DNA of 64,000 bases from a virus: the IMG/VR virus record IMGVR_UViG_3300032251_000001, positions 32,001 to 96,000 of that record; one strand, 5' to 3'. Shown here in pieces: positions 27,102-37,565 of the stretch (its first letter is position 1; each line of letters opens with the position of its first letter). Made by a program: the position numbers and the translations under genes. Under the pieces are notes generated by a model, which saw nothing but the letters and a program-made list of their open reading frames with translations, made no database searches and was not told where the DNA came from.

Positions 27102-27863
27102 ATGGAAAAAATGGTAGAAGGTCTAGTAGTAGTTAAAGCAGCACCTATTAACTACATAGAAGAAATGGGTATTCCTTATAAGAAGAAAACTATCAATTAT
27201 AAGGTAAAGTATGATGATGGTAAGTTAAAAGACATTCAATATGAAGGTTGTTTAATTACTAAAGAACAAGCATTACATTTAGATGTATGTGGATACGTTC
27301 ATCATACAGATTTAAAGTTGAAAAAGATTGAAGAGAGAATTATTCTTTATTCAGATGGTGGTTCATTTAATAATGGTAATAAAAATCCAGACTTACCTAC
27401 ATTTGGAAGTTATGCTTCATTTATAACAATGGATGGTGAGCTCATTCATGAAGAACCTATAGTTGGTGGTGAAGAAGAATGGACTAATAATATAGGCGAG
27501 CTAACAGGTGCTATTAAAGCATTAGATACGTTATTTGAGTACTTCGATATTGAAAAAGGTACTGAAATAACTCTTATAACTGATAGTCAATATGTTACTA
27601 AAGGTATTTCTGAATACATGCATGGTTGGAAGAAAAACAAATGGAAAAACAATCAAAAGAAAGTTGTAGCTAATCTTGAATTATGGAAATATTTAGATAG
27701 TCATTATTTAGGTAGAGACGATGAATTTAATCTTAGAGTTCAATGGACTAGAGGGCATACTGATGGAAGTGATATTCATAGTAAGTTCAATCAAATGTGT
27801 GATGATGGTTGTGGTGAAGTTATTAATGAATGGTTAGAGTCTAAAGGACTACCAACAAGATAG
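27102..27863 (+). CDS. rnhA: ribonuclease HI with N-terminal extension
   Basis: LYSDGG, TNNIGELTG, TDSQYV, WKKNKW, NLELWK, WTRGH, NQMCD; start moved to ATG behind SD GGAGG. Confidence 0.9.
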   Translation: MEKMVEGLVVVKAAPINYIEEMGIPYKKKTINYKVKYDDGKLKDIQYEGCLITKEQALHLDVCGYVHHTDLKLKKIEERIILYSDGGSFNNGNKNPDLPTFGSYASFITMDGELIHEEPIVGGEEEWTNNIGELTGAIKALDTLFEYFDIEKGTEITLITDSQYVTKGISEYMHGWKKNKWKNNQKKVVANLELWKYLDSHYLGRDDEFNLRVQWTRGHTDGSDIHSKFNQMCDDGCGEVINEWLESKGLPTR

Positions 27864-27872
27864 GAGGTAATT

Positions 27873-28589
27873 ATGAAATCAAACTGGCAAGAGTTAGTAG
27901 CTTATGAAATTCCTTTATCATTAGAAGAAATTTCTGAAGAGATTGAGAGTAATAAAAGTGAAATAGGTCATATAACTTATGAACTTAAACATGGTAAGAA
28001 AACAAGTAATATAGTGCAAGAAAGAAAAGAAGCAAGAATTGAAACATTAATTGAAGAGATAAGTTCTTTAAATGAATTAACTATAAAAACTGAAAGAAAG
28101 ATTGTAGTTTTATGTGGTCCACCAGATATTGGTAAGTCTAGCTTAGAAGAAAAACTTATTGAAGAAAGATATGGTGAGATTCATAAATTACCTCAATTAA
28201 CAACTAGAAAACAAAAAACATTATCTGATAACAAGTATTTGTTTATAGAAGACCATACCTTTGAAACTTTAATTCAGAAAGATGCACTTATTGGTGTTGC
28301 ATATGATTCATCTGCTAAATATGGAACTATACCAGATTTCAAAAACAATTGTATTAATACTGTTATATTATCTCATAGAGGACTTCAACATTTATTTGAT
28401 AGTATGGCTGATGGCGATTTAATTGCAACTGTGGTAGTTCTAGGTATAACTAACAGTTCAAAGGATTATGATGATGGAGAGATTTTAGCATTCTCTAATT
28501 ATATTTATGATATGGATGCTAATGAAGATTCATCACTTCCATCAATTAATGGCATTATGGAACTATTAAGAGAAATTAGATTTATTTAA
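27873..28589 (+). CDS. guanylate-kinase-like P-loop NMP kinase, divergent
   Basis: LCGPPDIGKS, LTTRK, KYLFI, KYGT; N-terminal coiled coil. Confidence 0.65.
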   Translation: MKSNWQELVAYEIPLSLEEISEEIESNKSEIGHITYELKHGKKTSNIVQERKEARIETLIEEISSLNELTIKTERKIVVLCGPPDIGKSSLEEKLIEERYGEIHKLPQLTTRKQKTLSDNKYLFIEDHTFETLIQKDALIGVAYDSSAKYGTIPDFKNNCINTVILSHRGLQHLFDSMADGDLIATVVVLGITNSSKDYDDGEILAFSNYIYDMDANEDSSLPSINGIMELLREIRFI

Positions 28590-28602
28590 GAGTGAGTATG
28601 CA

Positions 28603-29442
28603 ATGCCACTCAAGAGGAGAAACTTTATGAAAATGAATATGCTGAAAGTTGTATTAGTAGTATTGTTTGCATTATTTGTTATGAATAGCGTGGTTATTGT
28701 GTACTTAGCTTTACAATTTAAATCAGATATCAGAGTTGCAGAATATGTACATGATATGGAAACATCTGAACATGATGAACGAATAACTGCAATATTAAGT
28801 AATATTGAAGAACATGAGAAAGACTTTGATAGACAATTTGAAGAAACTAAAAAAGAATTGCAAGATATTGAATTTAAAATAGAAGAACTTAGAAGAGGAT
28901 ATGAATTGATATATGATACTAAAGGTAGATTATTCTTAGAACATGTTGATGATGATAAAATTATAGAATTAACTAATATAACTACATCTTTTAATGTACT
29001 TCAACCTTCGTCTATTACAGCATATGAATTAGATATGATACTTGAAGGTTCTGGTCTTGAAGGGTTAGGGAAAGAATATATTGCAGTTGAAATGAACTAT
29101 GGCATCAATGCATTGTTTATGGTGTGTAAGGATATACATGAATCAAGTTGGGGTAATTCAGATTTAGCTAAATATAAAGATAATATATCTGGTTATAAAG
29201 CATATGACCATGACCCATATAATAGTGCAACTGACTTTACAGATATTGGTGGGAAACCTGCATGTATAAGAACTGTTGCAAACTCATTATTAAAAAATTA
29301 CTTAACTGAAGGTGGAGATTATCATTATGGATATACCATACAAAGTATAAATAGAAGCTATGCATCAGATAATAATTGGGGTAATTCCATAGCTAGATTA
29401 ATGAGAGATTTAAATGAAAAAATTATAGAATCAACAAATTGA
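28603..29442 (+). CDS. membrane-anchored GH73 glucosaminidase
   Basis: N-terminal TM helix, coiled coil, YGINALF...HESSWG...KDNISGYKAYD...YASD..W. Confidence 0.85.
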   Translation: MPLKRRNFMKMNMLKVVLVVLFALFVMNSVVIVYLALQFKSDIRVAEYVHDMETSEHDERITAILSNIEEHEKDFDRQFEETKKELQDIEFKIEELRRGYELIYDTKGRLFLEHVDDDKIIELTNITTSFNVLQPSSITAYELDMILEGSGLEGLGKEYIAVEMNYGINALFMVCKDIHESSWGNSDLAKYKDNISGYKAYDHDPYNSATDFTDIGGKPACIRTVANSLLKNYLTEGGDYHYGYTIQSINRSYASDNNWGNSIARLMRDLNEKIIESTN

Positions 29443-29469
29443 TAATGTTAAAAGTATTGGAGGTATTTA

Positions 29470-30246
29470 ATGACATTTAATTTTGAGAAACATAATTATT
29501 TGAACACATCTATATTGAATCTTAAAAATGTTGTTATACGAGAGTACGATATGAGTGATGGAGGCTTTTCAATAATTAAGGCTAAGCAACTATTACCAGA
29601 GAGTACTATAAAGTACTTATCAAACTTATCTAAACTTGATAGACATATTCAGATAGGTAAAATATCCAAACATGATAAAGACTTATCAAAAGCTTTACTT
29701 GATGGATTTACTGAAGCTAGAAAAAAATTTATAGATAAGAATAACATAGATACAAGCATCATTTTAAGTGTTAAGAAGGATGCAATATATCTAGTAAATA
29801 AATTAGCTAAAGTAACTGAATTTGATGGAATTAAATTTAGTCTAAAGAATCAATATTCATCTTATTATTATATCAATGGTAAAGAGTTTTATTACTCATC
29901 ATGGAGAAATGAACTAGATGTAAAAGGACTAGGTAAAGAAGTAGTAGCATCTCAAAAGGATTACTTACTCTATACAATTAAAGAGATAATGCGTCTAAAT
30001 GAGAAGAAAGATAAATGTTATATGGTTAAAATACTTAAGGATGTTCGCAAAGAATATTTAAATCTTGAATTGGACTTTGAATACTACAGAGAAATGAATC
30101 CAGAAAATTCTTTTAAACTTAAGGAATCTATAGGTGAAAATATCTGTGGCTTAGAAAGTCTTAAAGATGGAAGAATACTTGATGATATCAATATAGTATT
30201 TAACTATATTAACTATATAATACCGTTAATCGGTTTAATAATCTAG
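29470..30246 (+). CDS. minimal family-B-like polymerase palm protein, 258 aa
   Basis: IREYDMSDGGFSI (motif A-like) and ILSVKKDAIYL (motif C-like); inference. Confidence 0.45.
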   Translation: MTFNFEKHNYLNTSILNLKNVVIREYDMSDGGFSIIKAKQLLPESTIKYLSNLSKLDRHIQIGKISKHDKDLSKALLDGFTEARKKFIDKNNIDTSIILSVKKDAIYLVNKLAKVTEFDGIKFSLKNQYSSYYYINGKEFYYSSWRNELDVKGLGKEVVASQKDYLLYTIKEIMRLNEKKDKCYMVKILKDVRKEYLNLELDFEYYREMNPENSFKLKESIGENICGLESLKDGRILDDINIVFNYINYIIPLIGLII

Positions 30247-30259
30247 GAGGATTAAGACA

Positions 30260-30700
30260 ATGGCTAAAAAGGTAATTGATTTACAAGAAAAGAAACAAGA
30301 GAATGAAACAGTAGAATTAAATGAGCAAATGTCTCCAGAGCAAGCACAAGCTGCTTTCTTAGCAGAGTTAAAGCAATTTGAAGGAACTGAAGTTCCTAAG
30401 TTATCTTTAACTACACCAGAAGGACACAAGGTAGTATTTGTTAACCCAGATGAAGCAATCATTTATGGTTCAGAATATCAAAAGCAAAATCCAGAAGTAA
30501 TTGGGTTTACTCTTGAAAGTATCTTCTCTGTTCATACAGGTATGGCAATTACTATCAATCCAATCATTAGAGATAATGAAGAACAGGCATTAGATTTTGT
30601 TAAGCCAGAATTATTAAAAATCATCTTTGCTCAAACAATGCAAGCAAAAGAAATGATTGAAAATGGTTTAGCCAACTTAACAAAAGGTCAACCACAATAA
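30260..30700 (+). CDS. hypothetical protein
   Basis: SD GGGAGG; terminator follows. Confidence 0.65.
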   Translation: MAKKVIDLQEKKQENETVELNEQMSPEQAQAAFLAELKQFEGTEVPKLSLTTPEGHKVVFVNPDEAIIYGSEYQKQNPEVIGFTLESIFSVHTGMAITINPIIRDNEEQALDFVKPELLKIIFAQTMQAKEMIENGLANLTKGQPQ

Positions 30701-30824
30701 TATAAAATTAAAGTATAACCTTCATTGGTTATACTTTTTTTGTTTTCGTAACTAAGTTTATTTCAATTATATATTATAATTTTGATAACATAATCTAAAC
30801 TATTTTTATTGGAGGGCTTAAACA

Positions 30825-31580
30825 ATGAAAGAAAACAAAAACTTATCAAATCAAAATGTAGTACTAAGAGTTATGGAAAGACAAGCAAAAAGAAGGAAGT
30901 TATTAGTTTCAGTGTTCCTTATCGGTTGTATTACTGGAGTTATACTTACTTCAATAGTTGTAATTATTTTAGCATCAATATTTAGTAACAATCATCAAGA
31001 ACAATTGTCTGAAGAAGTATTAGATAAACCTGTAGTTATTCAATTAGCAATTAAAACTGCTGCAGAGGAAGTTAATATAATAGACTCAATTGAAGTTGTT
31101 GATGAAACACCATATTACATAAGCTATATAGAATCAAAAGGTGTTGAAAAAGAACGTGCAACACTTATTGTTGAATCTATCCTAAATGTTGGTGAGGAAG
31201 TTCCATTATCACTAATCATTGCAATGATAGAAAAAGAAACAGATTTTAGAAATATTCCAGCATATGACCCTAACGAAGATAGTATGGGTTATGTTCAAAT
31301 GCAATCTTCTACAATTAAATGGTTGAAAAATTTATATCCTGAATTACCTAAGATTAATTCTCAAGAAGAGTTTCAAGCAACACCATCAGCACAAATGAAA
31401 TATATGGCAAAGTACATTGAATATGCAACAGAAAAGTTTGATAACAATTTTACGTGGGTGGTATCAAGCTATAACATGGGAGTTAACAACGATAAAATTA
31501 ATAAGAGTTATGTAGACGAAGTATTGTCTCATAAAATTAATTTAGAAACGTATGTAGCTTCAGAACAAGACATTAAATAA
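30825..31580 (+). CDS. membrane-anchored SLT lytic transglycosylase
   Basis: TM helix, AMIEKETDF, SMGYVQM, SSYNMG, YVDEV; early-type promoter at 30769-30785. Confidence 0.8.
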   Translation: MKENKNLSNQNVVLRVMERQAKRRKLLVSVFLIGCITGVILTSIVVIILASIFSNNHQEQLSEEVLDKPVVIQLAIKTAAEEVNIIDSIEVVDETPYYISYIESKGVEKERATLIVESILNVGEEVPLSLIIAMIEKETDFRNIPAYDPNEDSMGYVQMQSSTIKWLKNLYPELPKINSQEEFQATPSAQMKYMAKYIEYATEKFDNNFTWVVSSYNMGVNNDKINKSYVDEVLSHKINLETYVASEQDIK

Positions 31581-31622
31581 TGACACTATGAAACTAAAAC
31601 TAATCCACGGAGGGCTTAAAGA

Positions 31623-31937
31623 ATGAAGATTGGAACTAACAAAGAATGTAATGATAAAGATAGGATGAAGTGTACTAATTCAGTATTTATAAATTGTGAC
31701 TTAATGGTTGATGCGTATATCAAACAATGTTGTGATACAATTGTTATTGGAAGTAATAACCCAGATTTTGAAACACTTGAATTTATGAATGCAATAAGAG
31801 AATCATTACTAGGTATACCTAATCTAGATGTAAGTAATATCTTAGAATGTTTTAATAATGATGTATATTTTACATGTGATATGGAATATGACTTTTTAGA
31901 ATCAGTTATTGAAAAAGTAACTAAAGAATTAAGTTAA
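31623..31937 (+). CDS. hypothetical protein
   Basis: GGAGGGCTTA leader. Confidence 0.55.
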   Translation: MKIGTNKECNDKDRMKCTNSVFINCDLMVDAYIKQCCDTIVIGSNNPDFETLEFMNAIRESLLGIPNLDVSNILECFNNDVYFTCDMEYDFLESVIEKVTKELS

Positions 31938-31942
31938 AATAA

Positions 31943-31970
31943 AGAGTATAACCAATTAAGGTTATACTCT
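31943..31970. terminator. bidirectional terminator (AGAGTATA family)
   Basis: AGAGTATAACC/GGTTATACTCT between convergent genes. Confidence 0.75.
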
Positions 31971-31979
31971 ATTTTTTTT

Positions 31980-32684
31980 TTAAACATCATCTTCATCCAT
32001 CTCTATTTTTTGTATGTTCCAAGATGTAAATCCAATATTTAACATACCACCGTCGTCAACATCAGAAGTTAATGACCTTTCAACTAATAGATTAAACTTT
32101 GAAATGTATTCATCATTTATACCTAATTCATAACGTGTAATAAACAATCCAACATTTCCAAATACTTGCTTAAGGTTTATAAATAGTTTACCAGCATGAG
32201 TTAATTTATGTGGAGTCTTACTTAAAGGAACTAAACCTACAATATGTTGATAATGACATTTCATTACTTCCTGTGCCAATGTTAAAGTACTTAAGTCTCT
32301 CTTCTCTATTAACATACATTCTAAGACTATTGCACATATATCATATAATGTAAATGGGTAGTGGTGAAATTCAATAGTTGCCATATCATCATCCTTTATA
32401 TTTCCAAATACAGCACAGTTATTTAAACCATATTCATGTCTAAGTATTCCTAAATATTCTTTGTATGATGTAGATGTTCTAATATGTTTCTCAGTATTTT
32501 TAACTAATTTTATAAATTCTTTAGCTTCAAATATAGATGTGGTATAATAAGGTTTTTCAAATGGTGAAGTGGATGAGACTATAGTTGGATTGTTATTCTT
32601 TTTAACTGACCCAATATTAACTACTTTGTTATTAGTCTCTGGGAATTCTTCATCATCATCAAACAATTTTGATATTTCTGACAT
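31980..32684 (-). CDS. HNH-like protein, paralog 2
   Basis: IEFHHYPFTLYDIC ... IVGLVPLSKTPHKLTH; same late motif AACA-ATAAAT-TA at 32719-32708. Confidence 0.55.
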   Translation of the reverse strand: MSEISKLFDDDEEFPETNNKVVNIGSVKKNNNPTIVSSTSPFEKPYYTTSIFEAKEFIKLVKNTEKHIRTSTSYKEYLGILRHEYGLNNCAVFGNIKDDDMATIEFHHYPFTLYDICAIVLECMLIEKRDLSTLTLAQEVMKCHYQHIVGLVPLSKTPHKLTHAGKLFINLKQVFGNVGLFITRYELGINDEYISKFNLLVERSLTSDVDDGGMLNIGFTSWNIQKIEMDEDDV

Positions 32685-32767
32685 ATAATCATCCTTTCTT
32701 TATTTTTTAATTTATTGTTCAATAATATATTATATAAATGACAAACTAAAATTAAGGAGAGTGTAAT

Positions 32768-33244
32768 ATGAGTATTAGTGCAAGCGATGTAATAAATATG
32801 TTAATGCCATTAACAAGTTTTGGTAATAGAAAGGATGATTGTACTGCATTTAAAAATATGATAAAGAATACACCTAATAAATTAGCTATACAAGTATCTG
32901 ATGAGTTATTATTGAATGTTAGTAAATATAAAAAATTTATATCTATAACTAAAGCTAAATCAATATTAACTGAAGTATATTTAATAGCAACAGGACTCAC
33001 TGAAGGACAGTATATATTACTTAGAGCATCTATATTCTTGGCTTTAAAGAATGCATCAAAGAAAAATAGAGATGAATTATATAAAACTATTGACTTACTA
33101 GAGGAAGGTAAGAATTATCAAGCTAAATTATTATATGGTGTTAATAAAAGAGGAGTTATGAAACTTGGTGAAGAATTAAAAGAAATGATAAAGAATGATA
33201 AAAAACTTAGAGAAGACTATGTTAGATATGGAATAGGAGGTTAA
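32768..33244 (+). CDS. hypothetical protein
   Basis: Early-type promoter 32725-32741; SD AAGGAG. Confidence 0.6.
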   Translation: MSISASDVINMLMPLTSFGNRKDDCTAFKNMIKNTPNKLAIQVSDELLLNVSKYKKFISITKAKSILTEVYLIATGLTEGQYILLRASIFLALKNASKKNRDELYKTIDLLEEGKNYQAKLLYGVNKRGVMKLGEELKEMIKNDKKLREDYVRYGIGG

Positions 33245-33246
33245 TT

Positions 33247-33741
33247 ATGAAAGTAGATGAAGTTATAAGTTTATTAATTAATATGAAGTCAACATCTAGA
33301 CAACATAATGAAGTTTGTTTAAACTTTATTAAAGGAATGCACATTACAGATATAACTGAATTATTAAATATAACTAAAGGTTATGATATAAATAATTCTA
33401 GGTTAATTAATTCATCAATAATTAATTCATTTGTAACTAATGATATTATATATGCAAATGGATTTGTTAATCTAGAATGTTCATATGTTTCTACTGAAGT
33501 TATAGCTAATTTAACATGTAGCTACTTACTTGCAATAGACGTTGATTGTCGAAATACTTTATTTGAAAATATATTAATGCACTTAGGTTTTATAATAAAA
33601 ACTGAACATAGTCAAACACCTGTAGCTCAAAAAAGAGCTAAAATATTTTTAAATTGTATAGAAGACTTTATAAATAATATGAAGGTAAATGAATTAAGAA
33701 AAAGATATATGGAATTTATAATGATTTATAAAGAAGATTAA
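33247..33741 (+). CDS. hypothetical protein
   Basis: SD AGGAGG. Confidence 0.6.
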   Translation: MKVDEVISLLINMKSTSRQHNEVCLNFIKGMHITDITELLNITKGYDINNSRLINSSIINSFVTNDIIYANGFVNLECSYVSTEVIANLTCSYLLAIDVDCRNTLFENILMHLGFIIKTEHSQTPVAQKRAKIFLNCIEDFINNMKVNELRKRYMEFIMIYKED

Positions 33742-33809
33742 TATTCTTCTTTTTTTTTATTACTTAATCACATACTAACAATATTATAAGGAAGGATGGT
33801 GAAAAGAAA

Positions 33810-36692
33810 TTGAGTGAGTATAAAATAAATGATAAACGAACTAAACTTGAGATAGATAAACTTATTAACTTCTGTAAAGACCTTGTAATTAAGGATGAAG
33901 AGTTAGCTGATGAACTTGAAACAATAGATAGTTCAAAGAAAGGATATGCTTTAGTATCTGCAATATTAAAAACTGATAAGATAACTGACTATGTTATAAC
34001 TCAAAAAGATTTAGACTCAGTAGAGTTAAACTCAGGTTTAATATTTAATAATAAGTATGTAACATTATCCTTCTCAAAATATAATCCACAATTTATACCT
34101 GAAGAACTTCAAGAGTTCGTACTTGATTACAAACGATATAAACTATATCGTGAATACATGGCTATAGGAGACTTGAATCCATATTATGAAGGTTTATACC
34201 AAGATTATGAGAAAGCCTATGAGAGAGTATATCAAACTTATGAAGAATTTATTAACAGTGAAAGAAAATGCTTTTATGTAATTGCTAGAAGAGCTGCAGA
34301 TTATTCTATATTATCTTATCCAGATAAAATATTTTCTGTAGATGAACTTAGTGAGTATAGAAACATATACTATGAATGTCAAAACTACTTTACAACTGTA
34401 TTATACAATGAAGCTTATAAGATTGGTAATAAGAAGTATAACAATTTTGCAAGATTACTTATTGTATTTATGTCTATGCAACGATTTATGAATGCTAGAA
34501 TAGAAAACATTACTAATATAGATTTTTATGATAACTATTCTATACGTAATATGTTTATATCATATGGACTAGATTACTTCTCAGATATGCCACAAACGTA
34601 TCAGAGACGTATATTAAAGAACATTAATGATTTATTAGCTACTAAAGGTACAACTAAAGCTATTGTAAGTGTTCTTCAATTGTTTGGATATCAAAACATC
34701 AATGTATTTAAATACATTTTAGCAAAAGATTATAAACGTGATGAGTTTGATAAACCAATATTAAGTGAACCAGATTTAAAGTTTTTAAAGATACCTCATG
34801 ATACAAATAGAATCGAAAAAGAAATACTTAATGCAACATCATATTCGTATGATTCATTTATTGCAGACGACCCTTTATGGCAAGTTAGTGATAGAGACAA
34901 ACAGGATTTAATAAATAACTCATTTAACTATGTTGAAACAAAGTATATTGGTATAAATAGTACCATGAATTTACTTAAACAAACGTTAGATTTATCATAT
35001 TTCTATAGTTTAATATTAGACATAGAGAAGACCCATGATGATTCATTTAATTTATTAAGTTATTATAACATAGATATATCTAAATCTAAAATAGGTGTTG
35101 TTGAGACTGTTATTGCTTTACAAAGTTTAGTTCTTCGTAGAATGGGATATAAAGATAATATCTTAACAGGATTAAACTCAACTGCATATGTTAATGGATG
35201 CAACTATGATGAAATTCTTGAAAAAGTTAAGTTCAGAGAGACTTCAATATCACATGGTATGAATGAATCTGATGAAGCAATGGAGCATTACAAATATTTA
35301 AGTCCCGAATTTATCAATAGATATAAAGGGCAAACATTATCCAGTATAGTTCAAGATGGTACAATGACTAAAGATAAGTTAGTTGAAATATATTTAAACA
35401 ATCAGTCTATGAGAGAAGATATGGAAAAACAAATCTTAGAAGCTGAAGACTATCATACCTACAAGAAACTTCTTAAGTTATATGAAGTTAACTTTGTAAC
35501 AAACATTCGTGATGAAATATTCATGAAAGAAGATGGAACGTATTATGAAACATATAGAGATTTTGTAAAGAGTAGAAGTGAAGACTTGTATGATTTTATT
35601 AATATTGAAGTTGATGGTGATATTACATCAACTGAGAATACTATGAAGTTTGAAGACCTTATACTTACATTGTGTAACTCTTTAGATGTTTTTTTAAATG
35701 ACGATAATATGGATTTCTTCCTAACGAATAATATACTATCTGTCAACTATATTAAGACATTCATGTACAGACTTATAAATGTAATTAAGTCATACACTAT
35801 TGATATTAAGGAACTATCAGTTGTATATGTACTTGATAGTAAGTTTCTTAGTGCTATACATTACTTTGATGAGACAACATTTAAAGTAGAATTTAAACAA
35901 ACAGAATTAGTTAATCTAAGTCATATACAAGAGTATCATAACAATAATTCTTATGGTGATAGATTATTTGAAGAATTCGAATATAAATTGGTATCTAAAA
36001 CATTCTTAAGTTTATTTGAAGGAATACCATTTGAAGATTTGAAAGTAATAACCAATGAGAGTAAGTTTAGTGAATTTTTAGAAGCATTTGAAGACCAAAT
36101 TAATGTTAACAATGTTCAAAGTTTAGGTGAAGCATTACTAATGTTTAACTTATTTGATGAAATTGGTATCATAACCAAGACTATGTTTATAGATGGTCTT
36201 ACTAAATTATTTGATAAGAAAGAAATCATGTCACAGCATAGAATTGTTGAATTCATGGAATATTTCTTAGATAAATTTTATGTAACTGAAACTAGCCAGA
36301 GATATGGAGAAATATTCGTTCCCAAAGAACATAATGTTTTATATATGGAAATGGTTAATGATGAGAATTTAAATTTAAACGAACTGATGGACTTTATACA
36401 CATTATAATCCGTAAAGATAGTCTAAAGATATTAGAGTATGTCTTAGGTAATAAAAATATATTTAGTTTTAAAGGTTCAATTAATTTATCTTATCAAACA
36501 TTATATTATATGTTAAATATTGTAAATAATTTAAATCTTGAGTTAGAACATAAAGTAATAACTAAAGCTCTAACTTTTGATGCAGACCTTGTTAATTTCA
36601 ATGATGAATTAAACACTCTCAATAAAGAGGTATATCTTGGTAGTAAACTTGATATGAGGGAAAACTTTACAATTACAATAACAGACAATTAA
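33810..36692 (+). CDS. baseplate wedge subunit (gp7/gpI-like), 960 aa
   Basis: RNMFISYGLDY...RRILKNINDLLATKGTTKAIVSVLQLFGY; late motif at 33777-33788; TTG start. Confidence 0.65.
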   Translation: MSEYKINDKRTKLEIDKLINFCKDLVIKDEELADELETIDSSKKGYALVSAILKTDKITDYVITQKDLDSVELNSGLIFNNKYVTLSFSKYNPQFIPEELQEFVLDYKRYKLYREYMAIGDLNPYYEGLYQDYEKAYERVYQTYEEFINSERKCFYVIARRAADYSILSYPDKIFSVDELSEYRNIYYECQNYFTTVLYNEAYKIGNKKYNNFARLLIVFMSMQRFMNARIENITNIDFYDNYSIRNMFISYGLDYFSDMPQTYQRRILKNINDLLATKGTTKAIVSVLQLFGYQNINVFKYILAKDYKRDEFDKPILSEPDLKFLKIPHDTNRIEKEILNATSYSYDSFIADDPLWQVSDRDKQDLINNSFNYVETKYIGINSTMNLLKQTLDLSYFYSLILDIEKTHDDSFNLLSYYNIDISKSKIGVVETVIALQSLVLRRMGYKDNILTGLNSTAYVNGCNYDEILEKVKFRETSISHGMNESDEAMEHYKYLSPEFINRYKGQTLSSIVQDGTMTKDKLVEIYLNNQSMREDMEKQILEAEDYHTYKKLLKLYEVNFVTNIRDEIFMKEDGTYYETYRDFVKSRSEDLYDFINIEVDGDITSTENTMKFEDLILTLCNSLDVFLNDDNMDFFLTNNILSVNYIKTFMYRLINVIKSYTIDIKELSVVYVLDSKFLSAIHYFDETTFKVEFKQTELVNLSHIQEYHNNNSYGDRLFEEFEYKLVSKTFLSLFEGIPFEDLKVITNESKFSEFLEAFEDQINVNNVQSLGEALLMFNLFDEIGIITKTMFIDGLTKLFDKKEIMSQHRIVEFMEYFLDKFYVTETSQRYGEIFVPKEHNVLYMEMVNDENLNLNELMDFIHIIIRKDSLKILEYVLGNKNIFSFKGSINLSYQTLYYMLNIVNNLNLELEHKVITKALTFDADLVNFNDELNTLNKEVYLGSKLDMRENFTITITDN

Positions 36693-36718
36693 TACTATAA
36701 AAGGAAGGTGTAAAAGAA

Positions 36719-37465
36719 ATGAAAAATGAAAATAAAGTTCTTAAATTTAATGATGGTTCAAACTTGGAAGATAGTTTTGTAATGAACAACGCTCCTACAA
36801 TGAGAGGTAGAGTTGTATTTAAAGATGATATGGGAAATATTCTTCTTGAGAAAGATAATCTTATTGTTCTTAGAGGTAGAGTGTATGCATTAGAGAAATT
36901 ATTTGCTGACTTCAATACAAATGATAATTATGCAAAGAATCTTAACAGAATTATCAGTTTATTTAAATGTGGAGAGGGTGGAACACCTGAAGATAAACCT
37001 TTCCAACCATATGTTCCAGTATTTAGTGATTTAGACCTTGCTAAAGAAATTCCATTTAGAATTGTAGATGCTAATGACCCTACAACTTTCTTATCAACTG
37101 AAGAAAAGCAGTTATATTATGATGGAAGAGTTAGTGCATTAGATTCTAACCTTACAGAGTACTTCTGTAAAAGATTTGATAATGTTGACCCAGAATGGCA
37201 CATTGATTCAGTAAACAATGAAGTATATAAGAAAATTATTCTTAGAATTAGTACTTTAGATTTTAGAACTGTTCCAACTGGTGACCCTGAACAACCTTAT
37301 GGTAGAGATGCAAAAATTAATGAACTTTCTCTATGTTTAGCTTACTACAACCAAGTAGCTAATGTTATGGAAGATATTGAGTTATTCTCAAGAATTTGCT
37401 TTGATACGGAAAGTCTTTCTAACCTTACAAAGCAAATTACAGTTGAGTATTACATTTATGCTTAA
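36719..37465 (+). CDS. baseplate/tail structural protein, 248 aa
   Basis: RGRVVFKD...KDNLIVLRGR, INELSL, LFSRICF...ITVEYYIY; late motif at 36680-36691. Confidence 0.55.
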   Translation: MKNENKVLKFNDGSNLEDSFVMNNAPTMRGRVVFKDDMGNILLEKDNLIVLRGRVYALEKLFADFNTNDNYAKNLNRIISLFKCGEGGTPEDKPFQPYVPVFSDLDLAKEIPFRIVDANDPTTFLSTEEKQLYYDGRVSALDSNLTEYFCKRFDNVDPEWHIDSVNNEVYKKIILRISTLDFRTVPTGDPEQPYGRDAKINELSLCLAYYNQVANVMEDIELFSRICFDTESLSNLTKQITVEYYIYA

Positions 37466-37484
37466 AAGAATTTTATAGGAGATT

Positions 37485-37565
37485 ATGAATCAAGAAGTTT
37501 TTATAGAACAATATATTGAACTGTTTTTGTTCATAATTCTCCTTAGTTATTGTCCCTTCTCCTAA
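37485..37565 (+). CDS. 26-aa hydrophobic peptide with hairpin-occluded RBS
   Basis: AGGAG SD; MNQEVFIEQYIELFLFIILLSYCPFS; SD and ATG pair with 37530-37543. Confidence 0.35.
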   Translation: MNQEVFIEQYIELFLFIILLSYCPFS

